A stretch of DNA of 64,000 bases, taken from positions 128,001 to 192,000 of the forward strand of contig CAVPLU010000004.1 of assembly GCA_963706285.1 (NCBI GenBank), given 5' to 3'. Of the stretch, positions 34,292 through 44,447 are shown in pieces. Each line of letters opens with the position of its first letter. Positions within the stretch are counted from its first letter, which is position 1. The translations under genes and the position numbers were made by a program. A model generated the notes under the pieces. It was given only the letters and a program-made list of their open reading frames with translations, ran no database searches and was not told where the DNA came from. Origin of the DNA: Candidatus Bathyarchaeota archaeon (GTDB taxonomy: Archaea > Thermoproteota > Bathyarchaeia > 40CM-2-53-6).

Positions 34292-34426
34292 GCGGCCGTA
34301 GTCTAGCCTGGTCTAGGACGGGAACGCGCGCATCTGCGCGCCGCAAGCCTGCCAACGCCGGGCGGACCGCTTCTGACCTACAGCCGTAGGGAAGACACCC
34401 GGGTTCAAATCCCGGCGGCCGCACCA
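34292..34426 (+). tRNA. tRNA-Gly(GCC) with three introns: 29/30 (34324-34346), 37/38 (34355-34367), 45/46 (34376-34396)
   Basis: Spliced 78-nt cloverleaf with GGAGC-CTGCCAC-GCTTC anticodon arm and encoded CCA; BHB at each junction. Confidence 0.92.
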
Positions 34427-35950
34427 TTTCTCACAGCTAGGTAGACACATCGGTGTATATGGCTTTCAAAGACTCCTGTCAAGATTGAGGATACGGATTG
34501 CTGTGCGGCAAGTGTCAGAGTGTGTATGAGTTGGACAGGTTTGTGTATGCTTGAAATGATTGCCCCCTCATGACAGGAGTATTTGTGTGTGGGCACGACG
34601 AGGTGCATGATGAGCTCATTCTTCATGTGGTGGCAAATCGATGTCTGAGACTCGTTTGGGACTTAGGCTCGAGATATTCGGGAGCTCCGCTAAATGTGCA
34701 GGTATTCGTCAATGTGCCTAGTCGCCTAATCGCTCTCTATTACGGTGTCAACGTTGGCGACGGGACAAAGGGGTCAGCTCATGACAAGCTGACAAATTGA
34801 TGTGGTGTACACTAAGTTTCGGATCCAATTCTGCAAGGGGGCGAGGAAGCGTTTTATGTGACTTAGACGTCCCCCTACTGTGAAGGTTGATTTCTTGAAT
34901 TCAAGAAGGATTCTCCTGATCACAACATTATTCATGCTTTTCATATCCCTGCCTGTGAGCATACAGCTGGCTGCTGCTGGAAGCAGCCACGGTTAGCAAA
35001 CAGGTAATGTGCACAGGAATCGACAAGTCCCAGTCGACCTGGCAACCCGTCGGTGTTACAGATACATTCTCAACTGCAGATGAGGCAGTTTACAGTTTCA
35101 TCAATTTGGACGTGAATCCTCCAGTAAGCATCAAGGTCGTTTGGGTCGCTCCACACGAATTTGAGTTTGAAGGTAATAGCTACACCACCATTACTAACGG
35201 CGACCCGACAAAGATTGAGTGGAAGGGGTCCGGCTTCATGTACGATCTCCTTTCGATAGCAGGATCGAATTATGCTTTGCCTGTGGGCGTATGGAAAGTG
35301 CAGGTATACGGAGACACCACTCTCCTCTCAACAGCCCAGTTTACGCTCCAACCTGCAGTTGATATTGTGAGCAAAACCTTCAGCCCCGGAGAGGGTGAGC
35401 CTGTCTACCCGGGAGATATCGTGACGGCCACATATGAGCTCCAGAATGCTGGAAATACGATCTTGAAGGGTGTTAGCTTCGCATTAGAGACTCCACTGCC
35501 TCAAGATGTCAGTCTTGAGGAGGCCACGCCGCCCAGGGATATGCAGCCTGGTTCGACTGAGACTTTTGTGTTGAAAATGAAATTCGCAAGCGAAGGCACC
35601 TACTCGCCTACGATTCAGTTGATTATCAATGAGGAACTGATTGAAGGAGGAGCCCTTGAGGTACAAGTATCTCCGGCACCTTTCTCGTGGACTCTCATCA
35701 TAGCGGGCATCGTAGGAATCGCAGTGATTGTTCTAGTTGCTGTGCTCCTCATGCGTAGACGCAAGCCTTCGCGTCCGGCAGTGCCCCCTATGCCGTATGT
35801 TCCTCCCCAACCATCTCCCGTGATGCCTCAGGCAACGAAGTACTGCACATCGTGCGGTTCACAGATATCTCAAGACGTAAGATACTGTACGAAATGTGGC
35901 GCAAGCCAAGGCTAGGTCGACCTGTCAAAGGTCGAGAATCCGCCGCACCA
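34418..35950. mobile_element. Possible decayed element integrated at the tRNA-Gly 3' end
   Basis: GCCGCACCA at 34418-34426 recurs at 35942-35950; minus-strand SLRHRFATT motif near 34629-34652 in stop-ridden sequence. Confidence 0.35.
34895..35915 (+). CDS. Secreted beta-sandwich protein with TM anchor, Pro-rich linker and C-terminal zinc ribbon (indel near 34980)
   Basis: Signal-like segment upstream of ORF 35007; TM plus RRRK; CTSCG..CTKCG. Confidence 0.75.
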
Positions 35951-36070
35951 AGACCGAGCCGAACCGCCGCAGCCGGCATTCGACGACTCGTAGGTCCACC
36001 AAGCCTATTCGGGAACAGATCGTTTCGCGCCATTCGGCGCGGAGTCTGACCGTGTTTGCGCGTTGAAGCC

Positions 36071-36190
36071 CTATCCGTAAGGCGACGGGGTCTCAGCCGC
36101 AAGCAGCTGGATCCAGATGTCGAAGGTTCCATCGCGGTTTGAAGCGTAGATTATTGCCTTACCATCACGCCTCCACGATGCGTACACTGT
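36071..36190 (-). pseudogene. Orphan TolB/PD40-like repeat fragment
   Basis: YASWRRDGKAIIYASNRDGTFDIWI between two stops, with no upstream gene body. Confidence 0.5.
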
Positions 36191-36316
36191 TCAAGGCCCA
36201 AGGAGAAGCCATCGCTACGAAGAGTCCCCTTGTTGCGTCGATTATTGCGGTCTATTCTCTTGTCCTCAGGTAGGATTATTGAGGACACAATCGCGACGTA
36301 GGTAGAGTGTTGGTCA

Positions 36317-36775
36317 TTGGGAAGCGCAAAAGAGATCGATTTGTTTAGGAAGCAGATGATGTTTGAACGAAGTACAGCGCAAGGTCTTCATGCAACGTGC
36401 GCGAAAACAAAGAATACTGTGCCGAGGCTTCTCTTCAAGGCAATCGAACTCGACTCAACAAAACACGCCCACATGTATGCAACATTGATCGACATGGGGT
36501 CAGGAGCCACGATCTCTAAGGTTGAACACTACGAGATGAGAAAGGAACTCGAACGGCATGTCGCAAATGAGAAGATCATGCTTCTTCAAGCACAGAGAAT
36601 TGCAGCTAATCTGACGGATCCCCGGATGAAGCCGCTGCTCAAGACTATTCTGGCAGATGAGAGAAGACACCACAAAGCACTTGCGGCCATCCTGAAGACG
36701 ATTGCGGTGGAAGAGAAAGTAAGCGAAGACGATTGGTGGGACTACCTCAACAAGTGGGCAGTCTTCTCAACATAG
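36317..36775 (+). CDS. Ferritin-like four-helix bundle protein
   Basis: DSTKH and DERRHH paired carboxylate/His motifs. Confidence 0.75.
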   Translation: MGSAKEIDLFRKQMMFERSTAQGLHATCAKTKNTVPRLLFKAIELDSTKHAHMYATLIDMGSGATISKVEHYEMRKELERHVANEKIMLLQAQRIAANLTDPRMKPLLKTILADERRHHKALAAILKTIAVEEKVSEDDWWDYLNKWAVFST

Positions 36776-36805
36776 TCGAATGATCTCTTAGCGTCTTGGA
36801 GTCAT

Positions 36806-37996
36806 TCATTTGTACTGGGCACGCCAGTTCTTCATCCTCTCCAGTGCTTCTTGGATGTTGCGTTGAGAGGTCGCGAACGACAGTCTCAAGTGACCTTCTC
36901 CTGCTTCGCCGAATGCGCTGCCTGGGATGACTGCCAACTTCGCCTGTTCCAAGAGTTCGTCAGCGATCCTTGCAGAGGGCAGTCCCAGTTCGCTCACATT
37001 GGGGAACGCATAGAAAGTCCCTCTCGGGGGAGTGCAATGGAAGCCATCAATCTCATTCAGGCCTCTCACGATGAGATCTCGTCGCCGACTGTACTCCTCA
37101 ACCATCTCTCTGACGCAGTCTTGAGGCCCTGAAAGAGCTTCTAACGCGGCTTTCTGTGCAGGTGCGGGGGCGCAAGACACCATGTATCCATGCATCTTTC
37201 TAATGCCATTTGTGATGGTCTCGTTGGCAACGACGTAGCCGATGCGCCAACCTGTCATCGCGTACGTCTTGGAAAAAGAGTTCACCGTTATCGAGCAGTC
37301 TTTGAATTCAGGCTTTGAAGCGATACTGAAATGCCTGTTTCCGTCAAAGGCCAACTTCTCATACACCTCGTCCGACAGAATCAGAAGGCCGTGTTGTTTG
37401 GCCAGTTCGGCGAGTTCCAAGAAACAGTCACGCGAGTACATCACACCCGTGGGGTTGTTAGGTGAATTGACTATGATCATTTTCGTCTTGTCAGTAATGC
37501 GATGTATCAGGTCCACGCTTCTTGGTTCAAAGTCCGGACCACGCAAGGAAACAGGTACAGGCACACCTTCGGCTAGTTGGATAACCCCGACATATGAAGG
37601 CCAAGAAGGCTGGAGGACTATCACTTCATCGCCCGGGTTGATGGTCGCTTGAATAGCCGCAAATATTGCGCCATATCCGCCTGAAGTGACTGTGATCTCG
37701 GTTCTTGCGTTTGCTTCAATCCCGTTTTCTTCGAGAAGTCTTCTCGATATCTCCTCGCGTAGTTGAAGCAAACCAGCCGCGTGAGTGTAGTGCGTATACC
37801 CTTCATGTAGGGCTCGGGTGCCGGCCTCAACTATATGTTCCGGTGTTGGAAAGTCGGGCTCTCCTACGTGAAGGCCAATTATTTCAGGTCTTGTCTCAGC
37901 AAGGTCGATTATCTTACGTATCGGTGAAGGTTCGATCGATTGGACTCGCTTCGAAACACTCAAACTTCTGCCCCGCTCAACAAGCCAAGAATCCAT
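36806..37996 (-). CDS. PLP-dependent aminotransferase class I/II
   Basis: GEPDF, NSPNNPTG, DEVY, SFSKTYAMTGWRIG. Confidence 0.95.
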   Translation of the reverse strand: MDSWLVERGRSLSVSKRVQSIEPSPIRKIIDLAETRPEIIGLHVGEPDFPTPEHIVEAGTRALHEGYTHYTHAAGLLQLREEISRRLLEENGIEANARTEITVTSGGYGAIFAAIQATINPGDEVIVLQPSWPSYVGVIQLAEGVPVPVSLRGPDFEPRSVDLIHRITDKTKMIIVNSPNNPTGVMYSRDCFLELAELAKQHGLLILSDEVYEKLAFDGNRHFSIASKPEFKDCSITVNSFSKTYAMTGWRIGYVVANETITNGIRKMHGYMVSCAPAPAQKAALEALSGPQDCVREMVEEYSRRRDLIVRGLNEIDGFHCTPPRGTFYAFPNVSELGLPSARIADELLEQAKLAVIPGSAFGEAGEGHLRLSFATSQRNIQEALERMKNWRAQYK

Positions 37997-38048
37997 AGAA
38001 GACTATTTCGCATTTTGCACAAGCGTAGCTTACCGATATGTGAGCTGG

Positions 38049-39584
38049 TCATTCGAGATGTTCGCGAATCTCATCATAGAGAAATTTGGAACTGAGGGTT
38101 TGCCCAAGTTTCTCCGCCATCTCCTCAACCGTGATGCGGTTTCCCTCTCTCCACAATTCCTTCAACAACGATCCGGATCCTGGATTGGCAAACCATTCGT
38201 CGCCGAACTCTTCGACAAGGTATTTTCGGAGCTGGGCTTCAGCAATCCAAGATCGAAGATACTCTGCGCAGTAGAAACCGTCATCCACGCTGATGAGGTA
38301 GTTCACTGGATTGTAGCGGACTTGGAGTGCTAGTTCGTGCAGTTCCTGGTATAGCTTGTCCTTGTCTTGGAAGCTTTCCGTATGTAGACGAAGTTCGTAC
38401 TCTAGCTTTGCGGTGTACAGTCTCGTTATGTAGAGTTTCGAGAAGTATGCAAAGCGGAGCAATTCGTCCGGTGCATCTATTCCTAAAATCCTTTGCAGCC
38501 ACTTCGCGTTCAGGGTTAGATTCTCAAAAAGAGAAGAATAGGTCTCGGTAAGAGACTTTTCATCTGAGAGACGAAACACGAACGGCATCTCGGCGGGCGT
38601 GTTGGCGCCATGAAGTGCGTGTCCCGCCTCGTGAAGGATTGTCTCATAGTCGTACCGTCCTCCTATCGGCATCGCGCCGAGGATTATCTTCTTTGGAACG
38701 TCGAGTGGGAAGCATGCCGCTCGCGGGTCCTTGTTGGGGCGCTCTTCAAGATCAAGTAGGATATTCGGATGCTTCTCAAGCTGCAAGTCCATTCCATTAA
38801 GTGTCTTTTGAAGCGCTATGATTGCTCCGCCTTTGGGAAAGTAGGTGTCAAATCGCTTTCCACGGTGCAGGTAAAGGATGTCATGTCTGTCAGCGTCTTT
38901 TGGTTCAACGTGAATCGACTTTAGTGCTAGCTGAAGCTGTTCAGCATAGAGTGAATCTGTTGTCTTGAGATGAGTTCTCAACTCGTCGGACAGCCTTTGG
39001 TAGTCGATGCTCTTGATCTCCGAATAGAGGCCGGCGTAGTTCGTGTAGCCCTCTGCCTTCGCGGCTTCGTGAAGTTTTGCCAGCCTCTCTTCAAGGATAG
39101 GGTTGAAAGTGCCAACAGCTGCCTCGGCGAGCTTGTGAATCCTCCCGCGTCGCTCTCTATCATCCTCGTTCATCACCATCGGCTGAGTCGATCGCCACGG
39201 GAGAGCCTTGCCATCAATAGTGATCGTTGTTCGAGTCTCCAGGGTAGTCGCTTTATCGGTTAGCTCAGTGACCTGCCGATCCAAGTGTGTGCCTAGCAGA
39301 CTTCCGAACAGAAGGTTGAACCGCCTGTAGTCATCGCCCGACGAAGCTTCGCGCGCCCTCTTGACCACTGCCATGTTGTCAGGAGTGAACAGTTGACTGT
39401 ACTTCTCGAAGATTCCCGATATGTTAAGCTCTTCTTTGAGCCCAGCCCAGTTCTGATAGTACTCGTTAGTGGCCTCCTTCACGAATTCCTCGTAGTCTCG
39501 TTCAAGCTGCGATATGTCCATCGGCGCAACCGCACGGGTCACCACTTTGTGCGGGACTATTAAGTCTGGAGACAATGATGCCAT
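38049..39584 (-). CDS. M3/M32-like zinc oligopeptidase
   Basis: HEAGH followed by a downstream Glu (LTETYSSLFE). Confidence 0.75.
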   Translation of the reverse strand: MASLSPDLIVPHKVVTRAVAPMDISQLERDYEEFVKEATNEYYQNWAGLKEELNISGIFEKYSQLFTPDNMAVVKRAREASSGDDYRRFNLLFGSLLGTHLDRQVTELTDKATTLETRTTITIDGKALPWRSTQPMVMNEDDRERRGRIHKLAEAAVGTFNPILEERLAKLHEAAKAEGYTNYAGLYSEIKSIDYQRLSDELRTHLKTTDSLYAEQLQLALKSIHVEPKDADRHDILYLHRGKRFDTYFPKGGAIIALQKTLNGMDLQLEKHPNILLDLEERPNKDPRAACFPLDVPKKIILGAMPIGGRYDYETILHEAGHALHGANTPAEMPFVFRLSDEKSLTETYSSLFENLTLNAKWLQRILGIDAPDELLRFAYFSKLYITRLYTAKLEYELRLHTESFQDKDKLYQELHELALQVRYNPVNYLISVDDGFYCAEYLRSWIAEAQLRKYLVEEFGDEWFANPGSGSLLKELWREGNRITVEEMAEKLGQTLSSKFLYDEIREHLE

Positions 39585-39700
39585 TCATCAGGCTCTTCGT
39601 TCTAACGTGGAAGCGATCCAACAAACCGTCCGTGATGTGATAAGCCCATAATGTACAATGCAGATACGCGAGACACAGTTACGTGAATCTGAGTGTTGTG

Positions 39701-40075
39701 TTATCCGCGCCGGAACTTGTCAGTAAGTGATTTCAGTTCACCGCTTTCATAGACCTGAATCTTGGTCTCAAGCCTCACATCCATCCCCAGACTCCGGAAG
39801 AGCCACAACAGTTGCTCAGCAGTGATAGGTCCTTTCAGCTTGCCCTCACGCACCAATTTCGCAAGTTCTGCCTCAAGCATACGCGTGGGTTCGGGATACT
39901 GTGCGGCAGCAGCGTCAAGCACCTCCCATGCGCGTCCGACAAGGATCGTCTTCAGAACTTCCCGAGGAGCTGGCTGCTTCTGAGTTGATGGTTTCTCCTT
40001 CTCTCGCTCGAGGCGCCGCTGCATCTCCTGCATCCTTCGAAGCTTCAGACGCTCCAGTTCAGCGTCCTCGGACAT
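39701..40075 (-). CDS. PDCD5/TFAR19-like paralog
   Basis: DAELERLKLRRMQEMQ N-terminus; helical core resembling ORF 42180. Confidence 0.7.
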   Translation of the reverse strand: MSEDAELERLKLRRMQEMQRRLEREKEKPSTQKQPAPREVLKTILVGRAWEVLDAAAAQYPEPTRMLEAELAKLVREGKLKGPITAEQLLWLFRSLGMDVRLETKIQVYESGELKSLTDKFRRG

Positions 40076-40134
40076 AGCAGATTCTCCACGGAAGCGCGAC
40101 TAATGCGAGACCCATTATTAAGTGCGCGAATGCG

Positions 40135-40849
40135 TCAGCTCTTGAGTCTTTTCTCAGGTAGGCCGATTCCACATTCGTACTCATAGATGATTCTCGCAGC
40201 CACCACCCACGCCTCAAGCGGCTCTTTATCGATCGAGAAGTACATGGTTCGCGAGTTGCCCTGTTGATTGATTGAAGTGCGAGTGGGCAAAACCGCCAAT
40301 CAACACTGCCGGTGCATGTTCGTCCGCTATTCGTGAGCATGCATCCTTCACGCTTGCAGGTTTTCCCAGAGTGCTAAATGCCACCACGATCGAAGCCTCT
40401 AGCTCGTCTATGAGTCTTGGGAGCGTGCACTCTCGGATTCTCAGAAGTGACTGTTCGCCTGGAGGGACGCTGTTCTCGACGTAGAGTTGCTCAAGCAGCC
40501 CAATGAACCTATCATAGTTCCTAGGAATCCTGATTCGTGGATCTACTTCGATGACCTTGTCATCAATTGTGTGAATGTATGTTCGAAGCAACCCCTCTAG
40601 GTTCAGTGGCGATCCTAATACTTGCAGAAGGACGTGAAACACGATGTCGGGCCTTCCTCGCTTCAGGAATTTCTCGGAAGGATCCCGTGTTTCCGCTGCC
40701 TTAATTGCGGAATGATGAAAGCTGCGATCGAGAATCAGAGCGCTTGGTTCTCTATTCTTCCTTCGAGCTTGCGCAATAACCGAGGGATGGCGGATAAGCT
40801 GCGGAGGCATCCTCTCAATCGACGACTCTACAAGGATCAAATTCAACAT
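40135..40849 (-). CDS. nep1: rRNA pseudouridine N1-methyltransferase Nep1/EMG1 (indel near 40240)
   Basis: ILDRSFH, RGRPDIV, SPLN, RIPRNYDRFIGL, IGGFAH. Confidence 0.92.
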
Positions 40850-41026
40850 GTAATTGCCCTCAAAGCGGTATGCGCTTGTTCTCTAGGGCTGTTCACGCCC
40901 AACGGAGAGATGAGCCTTGTCGTTCGCATATTCGCTTCGCGGGCAGGCGAGCATACGCAAATCATAGATGCTCTCTAGACGTACTTCATCTCGCCAAGAG
41001 TCAGGCAAGCGAGCATTGACAGAGCT

Positions 41027-41368
41027 TTGACACGTCAAAAGAGCAACAGTGACATCCGTCATATAGCAGAAGAGCGCATTAGCATTCTCCTGAGGCTCGC
41101 GAGGGATACGGTCAAATCCGACCCATCCCTATCCAAACGATACGTGGAACTAGCGCAACGAATAGCAATGCGCTCAGGCGTTAGGCTCGGCGCTCAACGG
41201 AAGCAGTTCATATGCAAGAACTGTAAGAGCCCTCTAGTTCCAGGCGTCAACTGCAGAGTCCGTGTGCGTACGGAGTACGGCACTCATGTTGTCGTGACCT
41301 GTCTTGAATGCGGCTCAATCAAACGATATCCGGCGGTGAAGGAGAAACGTCTCAAAAGAAAAAGATGA
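41027..41368 (+). CDS. rnp4: RNase P protein Rpp21
   Basis: IAEERI, RYVELA, CKNC..LVPG..RVR..CLECG. Confidence 0.93.
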   Translation: MTRQKSNSDIRHIAEERISILLRLARDTVKSDPSLSKRYVELAQRIAMRSGVRLGAQRKQFICKNCKSPLVPGVNCRVRVRTEYGTHVVVTCLECGSIKRYPAVKEKRLKRKR

Positions 41369-41640
41369 AGGAACTGAAACGTCGATCAGTAGAGAAGGAG
41401 ACTACCGTATGGATTGGAAAAGGCGGTGTCACGAATGCGCTATTGAGCCAGATCAAGAGACAGCTTGATGCAAACGAGATGGTTAAGGTCAAGGTTCACA
41501 AGACCTCTCCGGAGAACGCTGAGGTATCTATGATCGCTGACAAGATAGCTGAAGGAACCGCCTCACAGATAGTCGACGTGAGAGGGCGAACGTTTACCAT
41601 CTACAGACAGAAGAAGACACTTGGAACGCGCCCTAGTTGA
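41365..41640 (+). CDS. YhbY/CRM RNA-binding protein
   Basis: VWIGKGG, EMVKVK, RGRTFTIYR. Confidence 0.88.
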   Translation: MKELKRRSVEKETTVWIGKGGVTNALLSQIKRQLDANEMVKVKVHKTSPENAEVSMIADKIAEGTASQIVDVRGRTFTIYRQKKTLGTRPS

Positions 41641-41733
41641 CCCGATCTCCTTTCACCGCCTACCTCAGCTCAACTTATATTTTGGGTGAAGTTCCCTAGT
41701 GCAAGACTGGTTCAGGAACCGGAGAGACTACAG

Positions 41734-42183
41734 TTGCCAACAGCATATGATGTGGAGGCCAATGTTCTCGTTGAGAGGCTGGCCAAACACCTCAAAGAGA
41801 ACGTCGGTGAAGTGACCTCGCCAATGTGGGCCCTCACATCCAAAACGAGTGCACACAAGGAACGCCCACCCCAAAACCCAGACTGGTGGTACGTTCGATG
41901 CGCTTCGCTTCTAAGGAAGCTCTACATTCACGGACCGATTGGAATCCAAAGACTCCGAGTCGAGTACGGTGGTAGGAAGAGGAAAGGAACAAGCATAGAA
42001 CACGTCAAAGACAGTGGGGGATCAGCGATCCGAGAGCCACTTCAACAGCTGGAGAAAGCCGGTTTGGTGGCGAAGGAAGGTGTCAAGGGAAGAAAACTCT
42101 CAGGAGAAGGCTTGAGTCTACTCAACAGGATCTCGGCTGAGATATTGAAGGGGAGCTCCTCCGGAGAGGGCTCGAAACAATGA
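41734..42183 (+). CDS. rps19e: Ribosomal protein eS19
   Basis: KERPPQNPDWWYVRCASLLRKLY, YGGRK, LQQLE. Confidence 0.96.
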   Translation: MPTAYDVEANVLVERLAKHLKENVGEVTSPMWALTSKTSAHKERPPQNPDWWYVRCASLLRKLYIHGPIGIQRLRVEYGGRKRKGTSIEHVKDSGGSAIREPLQQLEKAGLVAKEGVKGRKLSGEGLSLLNRISAEILKGSSSGEGSKQ

Positions 42184-42524
42184 GTGGGGATGACCTGGGC
42201 GAGGAAGAGCTAGAACAGCTGCGAAGGCGAAGGCTTACCGAGCTTCAAAGAGCAGCATCTGAAGAAGAGAGGCGAGCTGAAGCCCACCAGCAGGTTGAGA
42301 CTCAGAAACAAGCAATCTTGAAGAGGATACTTACAACTGAAGCGAGGCAGAGACTCACGAACATAAGGATGGTCAAGCCCGAATTTGCAGACCAGGTCGA
42401 ACTTCAATTGATCCAGCTTGCCCAATCGGGCAAGATTAAGCGGCCTATATCCGACGTAGAACTTAAGAATGCGCTTGTTCGCCTCCAGTCCCAGAAAAAG
42501 GAAATCAAGATCAGGAGAATGTAA
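42180..42524 (+). CDS. PDCD5/TFAR19-related DNA-binding protein
   Basis: ILTTEARQRLTNIRMVKPE..VELQLIQL; conserved position. Confidence 0.93.
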   Translation: MSGDDLGEEELEQLRRRRLTELQRAASEEERRAEAHQQVETQKQAILKRILTTEARQRLTNIRMVKPEFADQVELQLIQLAQSGKIKRPISDVELKNALVRLQSQKKEIKIRRM

Positions 42525-42525
42525 G

Positions 42526-42681
42526 ATGGCAACGCACAAGCCCGTGGGCAAGAAGAGACGTCTTTCTAGACGACACCGGATGAGACGAGCGGTTCCGACG
42601 TGGGTGGTTGCAAAGACAAGAGGCCATGTGAGAAGTCACCCAAAGAAGAAGAACTGGCGTTCTAGCAAACTGGACGTATAG
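42526..42681 (+). CDS. rpl39e: Ribosomal protein eL39
   Basis: KKRRL..VPTWVVAKT..HPKKKNWR. Confidence 0.92.
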   Translation: MATHKPVGKKRRLSRRHRMRRAVPTWVVAKTRGHVRSHPKKKNWRSSKLDV

Positions 42682-42691
42682 AAGGTAACAG

Positions 42692-43163
42692 ATGTTGAGT
42701 AAGATACAACCCGATTCGGAAGATGTGGTCGCTGAAGAAGAAGAGCCCTCTACGACTCTTCAAGAGGAAAGCAAGGACACCGTCGAGGAGACTGAGGAAG
42801 AAGCATCGAAGGGACAACCCTCGGTTGAGGAAGAGGTTCCTGCCAAAAAGGCTGAGGAAGGAAGAGGAGGAAGCCGAGGAGGAGGAAGAGAAGGAGGAGA
42901 TAGAGATTGTTGAGGAACGAATATGCACGATTCCTTTTCGCAAGGTCTGGGCGACGCCAATGGGCAAGCGAACTCCTCGAGCCTCCAGAGTGCTCCGCGC
43001 GTTCGTGAAGCGTCACATGAAGGCTGAGAATGTCGAGATCAGCAACGAAGTAAACGAGGAGCTTTGGGCCAGAGGTATCAGGAAACCACCCAGACAGATC
43101 ACAGTGCGCTTGGTCAAGGACAAGGAAGGCAGGGTCATAGTATATCCTGCGACCACCGCATGA
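42692..43163 (+). CDS. rpl31e: Ribosomal protein eL31 with acidic N-terminal extension (indel near 42860)
   Basis: EERICTIP..KRTPRA..RHMK..NEELWARGIRKPP. Confidence 0.92.
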
Positions 43164-43256
43164 GCTTCCAAAACCCCAGCCTGAAGGTCTCATTGCTAGG
43201 GCAGTTCAGGGAAGCCAAAAATGCGACCTAATTTGTTGACGTCGGTGATCTCCTAG

Positions 43257-43925
43257 TTGGGGATTCTGCGGGCCGACGTTTATGGAAGTCCAAACATCGG
43301 AGTGTATTGCCACTCCAACGAGACAACAGCCATCCTTCCGCCGGGCCTAACGAAGAAGAAACTCGACAGGGTTCGGCAATATCTAGGCGTTAGAGCCTGC
43401 GTGACGAATATCGGAGGATGCTCGCTTCTAGGAGTTCTGATCACGTCTAACTCGAACGGAATGGTTCTTCCGCACACAATCCATGATCACGAACTGAAGG
43501 CGGTCCAGGATACTCTGGCAATGAGGGTTACGGTTGCTCAGGAACGGTGGACTGCGCTTGGAAACATCGTGCTGGCAAATGACAATGGTGCGGTCATACA
43601 TCCCGGTGCCCCAGAATCTCTCGCAAAGACGGTTGCGGAAACTTTGAGCGTTGACATTGTCACTGCAACGATTGGAGGTCTTCCATATGTTGGATCGCTA
43701 GCCGTAGCCACAAACAAAGGAGTCCTAGCTAATCACGCAATAACAGATCACGAACGAGCGGTCATCGAGAAAGCATTGAAGGTGCCGGTGGAACCTGGAA
43801 CGATCAACGGTGGGACCCCATACATTAGGGCCGGTCTTCTCGCGAATACGAAAGGCGCGGTTGTCGGTCCACTAACCAGCGGACCCGAATTGATGGCGAT
43901 TACAAGAACGCTTGCAATCGAATAG
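43257..43925 (+). CDS. eif6: Translation initiation factor 6
   Basis: GSPNIGVY, LGNIVLANDNGA, GTINGG, TSGPEL. Confidence 0.95.
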   Translation: MGILRADVYGSPNIGVYCHSNETTAILPPGLTKKKLDRVRQYLGVRACVTNIGGCSLLGVLITSNSNGMVLPHTIHDHELKAVQDTLAMRVTVAQERWTALGNIVLANDNGAVIHPGAPESLAKTVAETLSVDIVTATIGGLPYVGSLAVATNKGVLANHAITDHERAVIEKALKVPVEPGTINGGTPYIRAGLLANTKGAVVGPLTSGPELMAITRTLAIE

Positions 43926-43952
43926 TGGTCACAGGCGCACCCAGTCTGAGCC

Positions 43953-44447
43953 TTACGCCTTGAAGAGTTTGTCCCACTTTCCCTCGGAGATCTCTTTCTG
44001 GACGTCTCTGGGGTCTCTTCCGTCAACCGTAATACCCATACTGACGCATGATCCGAGCACTTCCTTGGCGGCGCTACTTTCTGATAATGCGTAGCTTCCT
44101 GGAATTTTCATCTTGGCTATCTTTGCTACTTGCTCAACCGTCAGGTTGCCTACCTTCTCCGCCTTCGGATTGCCTGAGCCCTTCTCTATGCCGAGTTCCT
44201 TCACAATCAGGGCAGATGTGGTAGGGGTACCGATCTCAACCTCGAAATCTTTCGTATCAATATCTACAATTACTTTGACCGGAACCTTCATCCCTGAGTA
44301 TGCGGCCGTGAGCTCGTTGATTCGGTTTACGATCTGAAGCACATTTACTCCAAGCGGCCCGAGAGCCGGTCCAAGTGGTGGACCGGCAGTCGCCTCGCCA
44401 CCGCTTAGGAGAGCCTCAACTTGTTTCTTCTCTCCCAGCTTCTCCAC
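43953..44447 (-). CDS. rpl11: Ribosomal protein uL11
   Basis: GGEATAGPPLGPALGPLG, GMKVPV, GSCVSMG. Confidence 0.97.
   Translation of the reverse strand: MEKLGEKKQVEALLSGGEATAGPPLGPALGPLGVNVLQIVNRINELTAAYSGMKVPVKVIVDIDTKDFEVEIGTPTTSALIVKELGIEKGSGNPKAEKVGNLTVEQVAKIAKMKIPGSYALSESSAAKEVLGSCVSMGITVDGRDPRDVQKEISEGKWDKLFKA

Noticed and set aside
35916-36070. GC-rich intergenic stretch as an ncRNA or split-tRNA half
   Set aside because: No T-loop or D-loop motifs and no long complementary leader; better explained as decayed sequence beside a possible att site.
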